The notes under the pieces: model-generated
Told to the model about the DNA's origin: nothing
Database searches by the model: none
The model's input: only the letters and a program-made list of their open reading frames with translations
Translations under genes and position numbers: made by a program
Shown: positions 13,488 through 26,224 of the stretch, in pieces
Layout of the letters: the number at the start of each line of letters is the position of its first letter
Numbering within the stretch: the first letter of the stretch is position 1
Source: Sphyrna mokarran
Lineage: Eukaryota
Direction of reading: 5' to 3'
NCBI GenBank assembly: GCA_024679065.1
Contig: JAGIQG010000015.1
Location: 33,976,001 to 34,040,000, forward strand
DNA length: 64,000 bases

Positions 13488-14109
13488 AAAAGGACATAAA
13501 ATGCCACTTGCATGGCCCAGCCTAAAATTTAAAGTGACTAAATTGCACTCGCCTTAACATTGCTATGTCCTCTTCACAAACTTTAAGGTTTCCGTTATGA
13601 GTAAATGAACAAACTCATTTTGTAGGCATGACAACGACTGTATGTTTCACATGTCAGAAAAGAGCATGTGGTTAAAAATTAATATGTAAATTAAATCAGC
13701 AAGGTTTCCCTGCATTAATAAAAGCATGTTCCACAGTCAGCCTTGCGTGCCTTAACCAAGTGATTATTTGTAAGCCTTCTTTCACAAGGCTGTTCAGTCA
13801 AAAAGGGCATCCCAATTAACTCCAATTCAATCCTTGGCCAAGAAAGGAGCATTAAAAATCTGATGTGGAAGTAATAAAACCAACTGTAATTTCCCTACTT
13901 CTATTCAAAATATAATGAGTTAACTCAATGCAGATCCCAGGTTGAGCCTCACATTTTCGCAGCTTACATAGCTCTGCTACTTACTGTTAATTCAGCTAGA
14001 GAATCTTTCTAGAAGTATCTAGCACCATAGCTTTGCCCATTAGAACCAGGTATTGTTGTTAGTGTGGAACTCTGTGCCACAGACTAACTGGATGATGACT
14101 ATACAGCTA

Positions 14110-14412
14110 TTGAATCATAGGGTGCAAAAGAAGGTCATTGAGCCCATCGAGGCTGTGCCGATCACAATCCCACCCAGACCCTCTTCCCATAACCCCACAT
14201 ATTTATCTTGCCATTCTCTTGATACTAAGGGTCAATTTAGCATGGTCAGTCATTTTTGGACTGTGGGAAGAAACCAGAGCACCCAGAGGAAATTTCCGCA
14301 AACGGAGGGAGAATGTGCATATTCCACACAGACAATGACCCAAGACCGGAATTGAACCCGGATCCTGGTGCTGTGAGGCAGCAGCACTAACCACCGTGCC
14401 AAGGGCCACCCC
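14110..14412 (-). mobile_element. HE1-like V-SINE (CR1-type tail)
   Basis: full head, V-domain and tail on minus strand. Confidence 0.85.
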
Positions 14413-15599
14413 ATTTTGCTATCCAAGCAGCAAACTGCAGATCTGACTGAGGACACAATTGGAGCACAAGGCCTATCCTAGCTAACAGGGAAAGAAGAAC
14501 GGAGCTTAATTAGAGAGGGAGTTTAATGGCAGAAATATAAGTTAGATGTATTGTAGTGGACTTACAAATTTAGCCTTTGCAATCAGGAAAAGGATATAAA
14601 CATATGTTTCTGAATTATTTAAATGAAACATTGTTTTACAGCAAGAGAAATATGGGCAAACATAAAAAAAAGTGCATTTATTTAACTATAAAGAAAATAC
14701 CCTACTGAAATATATGGTCAAGTGCTTAAATGGAATACAGTACAAAGCATTGTAATTTATTGTATGGCTGTTTGAGTTGAATGCTTCTATATACTCAGAA
14801 TCAACATAAAATATTTTGAACTTGACTACAAATAACATCTGGGTTGCTGAACAGATGTCACATTCTAGTAGTAGCTCAAGAGAGTATAGTCTGGCTGTCA
14901 TACCACCTGGACTTGCATTAAGTGCCAAATGGTGATGGCTAAACTGCCACATGGTGCAGGTTAATCTGTTACTTACAAAAATGCATTTATTTTACAGCAA
15001 AGGAAAATGAGATTCAAGTCATGAAAGCTCAGATGAAGAACCTGGGCAAAAAGGTATTTGACCCATACAATAATTTCATACATTGACTTTCAAAGAGTTT
15101 CACATGAAGAGGGACATAAAAGATCACTGTATTTTGGCATTTTTGCATTTAAATATTATACACTATTGCAAAGGATAAATGGCACAGAAACAGACTATTT
15201 GGTCTACCAACATTTATGCTCCACGTATCACAGCCCTCTATTCACTTAGCCTTCATTGGCTTTGTCTGGCTTCCCATCTAATGCATCTACACTACTTATG
15301 TCAACCTGTTTCAAGTTCTCACCACTTTTTGGGTAAAGTAGTTTCTCCTGAATTTCTATATTGGATTTCTTGGTGATTATCTAATGTTGATATCCTCTGA
15401 TTCTCCTCTTCTCCTCAAGTGGAGACATTCTCTCCACGTCAGCTGAAATCAAAACCTTACATGATTTAAAAGATTTCCTTTAGTTCACCACTCATCCTTC
15501 TTTTAAAAGGATACCCAGCCTGATCTATTTACCCATACAGTTCTGATCGCCTTTGTTAACTTTCTCTGCAACTTCTCCATTGCCTCTATATCCTTGTTA

Positions 15600-15800
15600 T
15601 GAGTAATCAGTTAACTCAATTGACTGGATGGATGGTTCATGATTCGGAGCGATGTCAATAGCATGGGTTCAATTCCCTATGCCAGCTGAGGTTATTCATG
15701 AAGGCCCCACCTTCTCAACCTTGCCCCTTACCTGAAGTGTGGTGACCTTCAGGTTAAATCACCACCAGCCAGCTCTCCCCCCTTTAAGGGGAGAACCTCT
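15600..15800 (+). mobile_element. tRNA-headed SINE fragment of a different family
   Basis: A/B-box-like 'taactcaattgactgg' and 'gggttcaattccc'; body unlike HE1. Confidence 0.5.
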
Positions 15801-15814
15801 CAAAGTACTTTTTT

Positions 15815-16070
15815 AAAGATTAGTGTCATAAGTAGGCTCACATTAACACTGCAATGAAGTTCCTGCGTTAGTCCCCTAGTTGCCACACTCTGGCGCCTGT
15901 TCCAGTACACTGAAGGAGAATTTAGCATAGCCAATGCACCTAAACATCATGTTTTTCAAACTGTGGGAAGAAACCACCTATGCAGACTCCACACAGACAG
16001 TGACCCAAGCCTTGTACCAAATGCAGTTCTCTGACGTGGTGAGTGCTAACCACTGTGCCATTGTGCCACT
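15815..16070 (-). mobile_element. V-SINE with Rex1-like tail, internally deleted
   Basis: same tail as 12125 and 23396, V-domain remnant. Confidence 0.8.
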
Positions 16071-16719
16071 CACAGAACATGTTTTATTTGTTTTGCTTCA
16101 AGGTCTAATATAGTTTAGCAGAACTTCCCTACATTTCAAGAGATAAAACAGTGTTTGTTTTGCTTTTTTCCCTGTGGCTTGTTAACCTGTAGTTAGAGAT
16201 TGAGTGATTAAGGGATTGATGTATTTGTACTCCAAAACAACTTGTTCCTTTGCTGCACCAAGATATGCACTGTCCAAATAACATTGTATTCTTCCTACAA
16301 AAATCTACTATCTTGTATTTTTTTATTTAACTTTACTTGCCAATTATTTGTCCATTCTATGAGTTTATTAATGAGTCCCAGTAATTTCAGTCCTAAGTAA
16401 TAACTACCCTTCACCAATCTCTACCCCCGACCCTCCCCCCACCAGAAACGACAAGTGACCTGGAACAGGAGCATCATTCCAAAGAGAGTGCCCAATGGAG
16501 CAGGAGGGAGGAAGGGCCAGGGTGCTGGAAAGGAAGTCTCAAAAAGGGATTTACACATAAAGCAGCCCTAAGAAGACAGTCTACTTCAGCGACAAGGACA
16601 GGAATCAAAAACAGGTCTGTTCAGTAAGTTTAAAGGTAAGGAGCAGCTGAAAGACTCCAAATTAAAGAGAGCTAGAGGAGGCAAGATTGAAAACAAAGTG
16701 GGCTTGAGAGAACGCAGAT

Positions 16720-17585
16720 AGTATTGAGGAAGCAGGACTTGGACAGGTTAAGAGACTGGACAAAGAAGTGGCAGATGGAATACAATTTGGAAAAGCATGA
16801 GGTCATGCACTTTGGAAGGAGGAATGAAGGCATAGGTTATTTTCTCAATGGGAAAATGCTTAGGAAATCAGAAACACAAAGAAACTTGAGAGTCATTGTT
16901 CAAGATTCTCTTAAGGTTAACATGCAGGTTCAGTTAGTAATTAGGAAGCATAGAAAGGCAAATGCAACATTAGCATTCGTATTGACAGGGCTAGAATACA
17001 AGGGCAGGGATGTACTTCTGAGGCTGTATAAGGCTCGAGTCAGACGCCATTTGGAGTATTGTGAGCAGTTCTGGGTCTCATACCTAAGAAAAGGTATGCT
17101 GGCTTTGGAAATAGTCCAGAGGAGGTTCACAAGAATGATCCCGAGAATGGACAGCTAGTCACATGAGGAGTGATTGAGGTCTCTGGGTCTGTACTCCTTA
17201 GAATTTAGAAGGGGGGACATTATTGAAACTTACAGGATACTGCGAGGTCTGGATAGAGTGGACATGGAAAGGGGGTTTCACTAGTAGGAAAAATTAGAAC
17301 CAGAGGGCACAATCGCAGGCTAAAGGGAAGATCCTTTAAAACAGAGACAAGGAAGAATTTTTTCGGTCAGACAGTGATGAATCCATGGAACTTCTTGCCA
17401 CAGAAGGCTGTGGAGGCCAGGTCATTGAGTGTCTTTAAGACAGAGATAGATAGGTTCTTGATTAAAAAGGGGGTCAGGGGTTATGGGGAAAAGGTAGGAG
17501 AATGTGGATAAAAAAAAACAGCCATGATTTAATGGCAGAGCAGACTTGATGGGCTGAGTGGCCTAATTCTGCTCCTAATTCTTAT
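16720..17585 (+). mobile_element. CR1 LINE RT C-terminus and 3'UTR
   Basis: DLDRLRDWTKKWQMEYN..VMHFGRRN..LYKARVRRHLEYCEQFW..QRRFTRMIP; same subfamily as 63090-63910. Confidence 0.92.
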
Positions 17586-18890
17586 CCAAGCAGACAGCCA
17601 AAAATTGGCGACTCCTTACTATGAGTGTTTGGATAGTGGTATCGTGCTTGGTATGGCCAAATATCTGAGTATATGGAAGATGAAGCTTGAACTCATGTAA
17701 AGATCCAGGGGGAAGGAACATTAGAAGGAGAGTTTGAAATACTGGAAGTGGATCCTTGTTGAAGGCATCTAAATAAGTGTCACTTGAGAGAATTCTAAGC
17801 AAGTTCTCTGAGTGTGGAGATTGGGATCCCTAATGAGAAAGATAGAATTTCAATAACACCAGTTGACTCACAAGCTTCTGAGGGGAGTAGGAGGGGAGTG
17901 AGAAATTCATCGACTCTGTTTTGGTGGCATCTGTCACTTGGTTTTGGAGTGTGAGGTATCCAACACAGCTTATCAATTGGTTTATATGTTCCATATACAT
18001 ACTGTTAATACTTAAAGTATAAGATCGATATTATAAATTGTCATTTTTACAAATTTGTATGTTTCTGTAAGTGTATAGTAGGAGTGAAAGAATAAGTTGA
18101 TTTGGTGGTGCTTGTATTGAAATCTTTCCAACCAGTTTTATCTAGTGATATATAGTTCATTTTTCTTGTTTAATAAATGTTTTATGTTTTTGTTAAAACT
18201 TCAGCAGCAAACTTCTTTGAGTTTGTTTAGTAACTTCCTTCCCTGGTTTTCATAGAACCATAGAATCCCTACAGTACAGAAAGAGGCCATTCAGCCCATC
18301 AAGTCTACAATGTCACCCAGGCCCTATCCCCTTAACTCTGCATATTTATTCTGCTAATTCCCCGATATTATGAGACTATTTAGCCTGGCCAAATAAGCTA
18401 ACCTGCACATCTTTGGATTGTGCTTGTGTGAGTTTTCTCTGGATGCTCCGGTTTCCTCCCACACCCCAAAAACGTGCTCTTAGGTTGATTGGTACTAAAA
18501 AATTGTTCCTAAATTAGTCTTCCCTCAATCTGGTTATGGTTTTGTTATTGTGAAGTCCAATAGGTGTAGACATACGTCATAGCTAGAAGAGACACTCGCA
18601 ATGTTAAAATAGGCTCATTGGGCCGATGGGCCTGTTTCCCACGCTGTGTTGTTCTTTGAAACCGGAGTACCTGGAGGAAATCTGCAGACATGGGGAAAAC
18701 ATGCAGACTCCACAGAAACAGTCACCCAAGGCTGGAATTGAGCCCAGGTCCCAGGCACTGTATGGTAACACTGCTAACTGCTGTGCCACCGCCTTTTCTT
18801 TAAAAAATTTAAGATTTATCAAACCAGGTTTCATCCTGGGATCTAAGTTGTCCAGCAATAACATCAGCTGGCGTCAAAGCATAACTGCAA
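17586..18890 (+). mobile_element. probable solo-LTR-like repeat interrupted by a SINE
   Basis: T-rich region with AATAAA (18172) continues after the SINE to an LTR-like end '...agcataac'; recognised by texture only. Confidence 0.35.
18250..18793 (-). mobile_element. HE1 SINE split by a plus-strand V-domain CR1 3' fragment (about 18421-18658)
   Basis: SINE reads ...catctttggattgtg | gaaaccggagtacc...; the insert has V-domain plus gggccgatgggcctgtttcc tail. Confidence 0.8.
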
Positions 18891-18994
18891 CATTTAAAAA
18901 CTTTGTTTTTGATTCCAAACTGCTAACATAAATTGTGACCAAAAGTGGTCCCAACACTGAACTTTGCAAGCACCACTATCCTCCTTTATATAAA

Positions 18995-21145
18995 AATAAT
19001 CATGCAGTGGGAATGTCACTAACAAGGCCAGTAATTGTTGCCATCATTGAGGTGTTGATAAGCCATCCTCCTGAATCACTGCAGTCCATCTGATGCAGGT
19101 ACATTGAAAGTAAAGTGAGGAAGGGAGCTGTAAGTTTATAATTCCAATCAGGACGGTTTCTGGCTTGAAGAGGAACTTGCAGGTACTGGTGTTCCCGTGA
19201 ATATGCTCTCCTTATCCTCATACATGGAAATGGTCATCAGCTTGAAAAATGCTGTCAGAAGTGGCTCGACGAGTTGCTGCAGAGGAGTTTGTTAACATCA
19301 TATACTAATGCTGCTAGTGAAAGGATGAATGTTTAAGGTGGTCAACAAGTCGCTGATCAAGTGGGCTGCTTTGTCTTGCTCATTGAGCTTCGAGTGTTAT
19401 TGGAGCTGCACTCATCCAGGCAAGTGGATAGTATTCCACCACACTCCTGATTTATGGTTTCCAGTTTGTGAATAGACCTTTTGGTGTAAAGTGGTAAATT
19501 ACTCATTCACAAGCCCATAATTTCATAACTGGCAGAGGTATCCCAAAGGTGCAGTGAGGAACCCCCACGCTCTCCAAAGTCTCCCAGGTAAGGATCACCC
19601 AGATTTTCGCCGGCAAGTTCAAACTTCTATTGAGCAATTGCCCTCCAACCAGAACCATTCAAAAGCATGATTTAAATCACAAACTTTAGATGGTTCAACT
19701 GTCTTACAACAAGAGTTGTCCAGGAAAAGTTAGAAGAATTAAAAGCAATTTTAACCCCTGGGTAACTTTTGAACCGACTCCCCTGCCCCTCGCCCACTTA
19801 CCTTACACGCTTACCTAGGAATCTACACTGCAGCGATGTTTTGAAGATGAGATGTTTAGGCTCCAACGATCACAACCATCTTCATGCTAGGCACGATGAT
19901 TCCAACCAATCGAGAGTCCTCCCAGATCGCTCCAATTCCCATTGATTTGAATTTTGCTTCAGCATGTTGGTGCCACATCTGGTCAAATACTGCCTCCTCG
20001 TCAAAGACAGCCACTCATCTCCACTCTCAATTCAGCCCTTTTGTCCATATTTGACCAAGACTGCAATGAAGTCTGGAGGCAAATGTCCCTGGTGAAACCC
20101 AAACTGAACATCTGTGAACAGGCTATTGCTGTGTAAGTGCCACTTGATAGCAACACCATCCAACACTTTGCTGATGATTGAGAGTAACCTGATGGGTTGG
20201 TAATTGGTTGGATTGTTGGTTAGATGCCAGTGTTGTTGCTGTACTGGAACAGCTTGGCTGGAGGCACAGTTAGTTGTGTAGCACAAGTCTTTATTACTGC
20301 TGCCAATATTTTGTCAGGGTCCAAGGACTTTGCAGCCTTCAGCCATTTCTCGATACCATGTGGAGTGAATTGAATTGGATAAAGACTGGCAGCTGTGAAA
20401 CTGGGGACCTCGGGAGGAGACGAGATAAATAATCCACTTGGCACTTTTGGCTAAAGATAGTTGCAAATGCTTCAGCCTCGTCTTTTACACTTAGCTCCCC
20501 CATCATTGGGGATGGGGCAGTTTCATTTGGTCGTTTTAATTGTCCATCGCTAGTCTTTAATGGTTGTGGCAGGCCTACAGAGCTTTGATCTGCTCCATCG
20601 ATTGTGACACTGCCTAGATCTATCACATACTGCTTCCCATTTCAAATGGATGTAGCTTTGTGTTGCAGCTTCACGGATTTGGCATTGCATTTTTATACAT
20701 TTCTGTTGCCTCTCCTTATATGCCCTTTTGCAGTCCTTATTGAACCAGAGCTAAGCCCCCAGCTTGGTGGCAATGATAGAGTGGAGGATATGCTACACAA
20801 TGAGGTTACAGTTTATAGTTGCGTACAATTCTGCTGCTGCTGATAGCCCACAGAACCTCATGGATGCTTGGTCTTCAGCTGTGAGATCTGTTTGAAATCT
20901 ATCTACACAATGGAGAGCATCCTCAATGCGAAGGGAAGACTTTGTCACCACAAAGATTGTGCAATGGCCAACCATACTAATACTGCCAAGGCCAGATGCA
21001 TCTGACAGGTAGACAGATGAAGGCAAGATCAAGATCAACCTTGCTGCAGACCCAGTCTGGGAAATATGTCCTTCAGGACTGAGCTTGCTACATAACAGTA
21101 GCAGTGCTACCAAGCCATTTTTGATGGTGGGCTTTGATAACAACC
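18995..21145 (-). mobile_element. old CR1-Zenon-like (jockey group) LINE
   Basis: NPTNYQPIRLLSIISKV, QFGFHQGH, EAFATIFSQKC and LDPDKI remnants in several frames. Confidence 0.75.
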
Positions 21146-21164
21146 AAGATTTTACATAGAAACA

Positions 21165-21570
21165 TAAAAAAAGGAGTAGGTGATTTAGCCCTTCAAGCTT
21201 GTTCCATTATCCATATTCCTCACTCCTGCTCTCTATCCATATCCCTTGACACCTTTAGAAATCTACTTCCTTCTTAAATATATCTCATGATTTAGTCTCC
21301 ACAGCCTCATGTTATAGAGAATTTCATAGGTCTTTGCTCAGTAGGTGATGAGCATTTCTCCTCATCTCAGTGCTAAGTGGCCTACATCATATCCTGTGAC
21401 TATGACCTCCTTGTTCTAAAGCTCCCAGCCAGGGGAAACATCATGCCTACATTGAATGCAGGTCCAGTTGATCCAATCTCTCCTCATATGACAATCCTTC
21501 CATCCCAGGAATCTGAAATCTTGTCCCTATCTGCTTTAAGCTCAGTATATTTCCTTTTTTGCTTCTCTCT
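21165..21570 (-). mobile_element. degenerate CR1 3' fragment
   Basis: reverse of the CR1 tail (catagaaacata...ggagtagg...cccttcaagc). Confidence 0.55.
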
Positions 21571-21787
21571 TGCTCTGACACCCTCAGTTTTACCAGTCAT
21601 TACTAGACATTCTAATTTCTCTTTCCCAAATGCATCCCCAAGGAACTGTAATTTTCTTCTAGTGATGAATGGTACCGCCAAAGATTACTTACATCTTTTG
21701 CAACAAAAACATTGCAGCATTCTGAAAAATAAATGTAATGTTTTGTGTGACCTTAAGGATATGGCCTATTAGTTGTCCACTACTACA

Positions 21788-21793
21788 TTTATT
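21788..21793 (-). terminator. probable AKT1 polyadenylation signal (second candidate at 21881-21886)
   Basis: minus-strand AATAAA at the end of about 1.4 kb of repeat-free sequence after the stop. Confidence 0.5.
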
Positions 21794-23172
21794 TGACATA
21801 CACAAGTAACTAATTTTATAACAGAAAGGAATAGTCAATGTATAACATCCAATGAAAAAGATTCCAGACATTTCATCTGCTTTATTTGTTCATTTTTGAA
21901 GGAAAATGGTACATTATACATGTAAAAATACAGTGGACAAAATTGTGGTAACTGCTTTTCTTTATCAGTTTGGTAGTTACCTTGGACCTTCCAAATGCCA
22001 AGAGAAAAACAGGAAATACTGAGTGTTTTTATAGAACATTCATTCCATAAATAATATATTGACTGCTAGCTCAATCTTCCATGTAGCTACATCACAGGCT
22101 AGAACAGGAAGTAAGCAACCTTGAGGGAATGTGACTGATGATTGAACAGAATCTTTACAGTGTGGACGCATGAAGATGGACATTTTTCTGTTCCGTTTAG
22201 GACAATAACATACAGAAACAAACTATAAAAAAATTCCTCACATTCGCTGACATATGTTAACTTACTAAATGTGACATTGGTGGAATTGATTTAATTGAAA
22301 ACTCTGATAAATAACACTCGCAGTGTACCACATCCAAAGATGCCCAGCAAGTGACCAAGAAATGGCAGGGATAAAAAAACGATAAAGCATTTTTATATAA
22401 AAAAAAACCAAGTTGCATCCTTCTGCAGCAGATTTCAAGAGATGGATCTTCTTCTAGATCCCAATTTGTTTCCCTCACAAACTACAGCAAAATTCCTGCT
22501 GCTGCAGATGTTATGCCTCACTGAGGCCATTTGATGTTTACACATAATAAAGAGGTAAACAAATTGCAGAAGTTCTGGCTCAACTCCAGACCACTTTATA
22601 ATACATTGGACCAGTATGCTTAATGAGTTGTCCGTGTCTTAACAGGTTGACTTATTGCACTAGCTATTAGATTAGTCAGATCTTAGGTTCATCTTGCAGC
22701 AGACCAGGCAGAGATAGATCATCACCTAACTTACATAGGCAAGAAAATATCTTGCCAGGATTCAATTACAAATGATCATTTTACTGTAACAGAATTTTAA
22801 ATCTACTTTTAAAGTTGGGTAATTTCAATGCAGACCATAAATATATAGTGATAATAAAGGAGAGTTCAGTTCAAAGTATCAGTTTCCACTCTCCTGTCAA
22901 TCAAATTGATGCCAGTATATTCCAAATGCATGCTCTTATGATTGGTATCTTAAAGTAGGTCACTGCATAGGAACCAGTATTTAAAAGTAGCTCATTTTCC
23001 ATCATCATGTCACAAATGACGGAGAGATTTTGTTGAAAAAGGAACCTTTTCTTTCCCAATTACTTACAAATCAACCAGATAATGCTGAAAACCTCTCGGA
23101 CACATTTTTGGTTAGAAATCCTTAAAATCCGATCAGATTTCCTTTGTTCAATTTATTTTAAGGCCGTCAAGT

Positions 23173-23252
23173 TCAGTCCCTTCCACTGGCTGAGTAAGAG
23201 AACTGGGGGAAATGTGGTCTTCTCTCATTGTCTATGGATTCCATACTGCCAT
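23173..23252 (-). CDS. AKT1: AKT1 last coding exon (hydrophobic motif)
   Basis: acceptor ttgcacag; (D)[25 protein letters not shown]; 80 nt; S473 equivalent at 23197-23199. Confidence 0.96.
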
Positions 23253-23395
23253 CTGTGCAACACAAGAGCCTCATCAGTATTGAAGAAGAGTTTACATTCT
23301 TAAAAGTGTGTCTGAAATTATACGGTCAGAGCAATCTTGGAGATTAGAAATAATCACATTGCATCTATTCCCATATTGGAGTCGATCAGTATATC

Positions 23396-23680
23396 TAAAG
23401 TTTATTTATTAGCGTCACAAGTAGGCTTACATTAACATTGCAAAGAAGTTACTGTAAAAATCCCTGTAGTTGCCACACTCCAGCATCTACTCAAGCACAC
23501 TGAGGGAGAATTTAGCACCTAACCTCCACATCTCTTGGACTGTGGGAGGAACCCAGAGCACACAGAGGAAATCCGTGTGCAAAAACCCGGGGAGGAAGTG
23601 CAAACTCCACACAGAGTGTGCCCCAGGACCCGCATGCTGTGATGCAGCAGTGTTAACCACTGTGCCACCATGCCACCCTC
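23396..23680 (-). mobile_element. V-SINE with Rex1-like tail in the last AKT1 intron
   Basis: head, V-domain remnant and tail ending aataaataaacttt. Confidence 0.8.
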
Positions 23681-23757
23681 AATAAACAACGTTTGAAAAG
23701 CATTTCTGTCCTTTCATCCTCTCTAATTCAGGCATGTAAAAGTGTAATGTAAAATAC

Positions 23758-23860
23758 CTCGATCAGGTGGAGTGATTGTTATTATTTGTGCTGTAAATTC
23801 TTCATCAAAATATCGCGTGTCCATCTCAGATGTCACCTGAGGCTTAAACGGTGGAGTAAG
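23758..23860 (-). CDS. AKT1: AKT1 exon (turn motif)
   Basis: [34 protein letters not shown]; AG/GT; 103 nt. Confidence 0.96.
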
Positions 23861-24004
23861 CTGTTAAATATACAAAATGGCATTATTTTGCTGCGCTTAC
23901 ATCATTAAAATAAAACAAGCTAATACTCAAATTGCAGCGAATACAGGAATAAAAGTGATAGTTTAGTCAGATAGCAATGTCATCGAATGTAGGATTTTTT
24001 AAAA

Positions 24005-24325
24005 ACTCATTTCACAGAATCGAGTGTCGCTGGCTGGACCGGCATTTATTGCCATTCATAACTGCCCTCCAATCCAAAAGGCATTTCAAATTCAACCACA
24101 TTGCTTTTGGTCTGGGTAAGGCTGGCAGATTTCCTTTCCTAAAGGACATTAGTAAATCAGATGGGTTTTTACAACAATCGACAGTATTCATCATTAGACT
24201 TTAATTCCAGATTTTTTTAAAACTCAAGTTTCCTCATCTGCCATGGAGGGATTTGAACCCAGGTCCCTGGATCTTGTCCTGGATCTCTGGATTACGAGTC
24301 CAGTGACAATATGCCAGCCCCTCCC
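24005..24325 (-). mobile_element. tRNA-derived SINE sharing its tail with the Zenon-like LINE
   Basis: head 'gtcactggactcgtaatccagag...gggttcaaatccc', tail 'gcaataaatgccggtccagccagcgacac'; other copies at 44460-44700 and 60170-60570. Confidence 0.65.
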
Positions 24326-24904
24326 TATAATTGACTTCCTGCCTTTAATGGTTTCCAAAGGGGCTTTGGTGCTGACGAATGGAACATCTTCAATTTCAAG
24401 ACACTAATAACAGCTTCTTGCTTAGGCTTTGCAAATCTGTATGTACAGTGTGAAAAGTATTTCATTGTACATCGGCTCTAAGCTAAGCAAAGTACTCTGC
24501 TACAACAACATGCTTTAGACTGGTTGCTGCTTTGGGCTTTACCGCACATTTACAGAGTACCTGCTCACCGGTCCAGCCTCCCTAATCAAACATTTTCTGA
24601 ATCACACAAAACAAAGACATGGTGCGAAAGAAATGAGAAAGCAACAGGAAAAAACATAAAAAAGATAGGAGGAAGGGAAACAATAGAATTAAACAGAATA
24701 GTGCTGTCGGGCATTGATAGGATAAAATCATCTGTGATTTCGGAATACAAACTAAGCTCTGATTTTGAAGGTCTTATTGGGGATTTGTCCATTATAAATT
24801 AAGGGCCCCCCCATCCCCAAAAATAGATTTTGTTCAGTAAATCATGCAGCCATTGCTATAGTACAAACTGAATTACTGAATCAATTCAAACATTTTTTCA
24901 TCAC

Positions 24905-24992
24905 CTTCTTCTGATAGACATCTTGCCACTCGATTCCAGCAAAGAACTTGTCTTGCATTATTTCCTTTGCATCATCACAGCCACCACCCAAC
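24905..24992 (-). CDS. AKT1: AKT1 exon
   Basis: [29 protein letters not shown]; AG/GT; 88 nt. Confidence 0.95.
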
Positions 24993-25936
24993 CTGGTGAG
25001 GAATATATCAACAAGTTGCATTCACATAGCACTTTTATCACAGAAAAATATCTCTCAAAGCCTCACGGGATTTAAATTATTCTGAGCCAAACAATCCTTC
25101 AGCAATTTGCATACCACATGCATGGAATTAGAGCTGGCTTAGACAAAAACATTATTTAGCCTGATGCAAGTTAAACTCATTCAGTTGATAATTAAATCTA
25201 CCAGGTTAAAGTATCATGGATTCAACAGTGACATCTTCCAACATATCGGTGAAAGCATAATTACATTGCTATGCCCAGACCACATCACTTCCTGAAATAG
25301 CATTACTTCTAATGAAATGCAGCGACTGTAAGCAAACATATTAGCAATATTACCCAGCACTAGCATTGAGATAATTGACTAGTTAAGCCTCTTTGCATCA
25401 ATTAACTGAAGGAGGAAGAGACATTGGGAACAATTGCTGTTCATCTTTGAAACATGCCATTGAAAATCCATCTGAACAGTTACTTTTCTTTGAAGTTTAT
25501 TTATTAGTGTCACAAGTAGGCTTACATTAACATTGAAATGAAGTTAGTGAAAATCCCCTACTGGACTTCAATTTAATAATTCAAGTCTCACATATAGCAG
25601 TCTTTAGTACTACATCGAAACTAAGTGTTCAAGTCTGATCTCTCAATCTCCGACCCAGAGTGGAAGTGCTGCCAACAAGCCAAGTAGATACAAGTATTAA
25701 CTAATCTTCTAAAGTGGTTTTAACTATGCAGGTTACATGCTAAAATGGCAAAGAGAATATTCGTATTGGTAGAGGAAGGCGATACAAATATATATCAGTG
25801 GTGAAATTTTGAAACCATGTGCTCGACAAGTGTCTTGACTGAAATTGAAAATTTAGCTTTGATAATATTGGGTTTCCGCCCTTGAATGTGTAAGCATTGT
25901 TCAGGCTTGCAAGCATTGCTGGTGGGATTGCTTCTA

Positions 25937-26224
<288 letters not shown>

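Noticed and set aside
14600-15000. Several minus-strand AATAAA motifs as a distal AKT1 3' end
   Set aside because: AT-rich background explains them, and several kb of repeats separate them from the UTR
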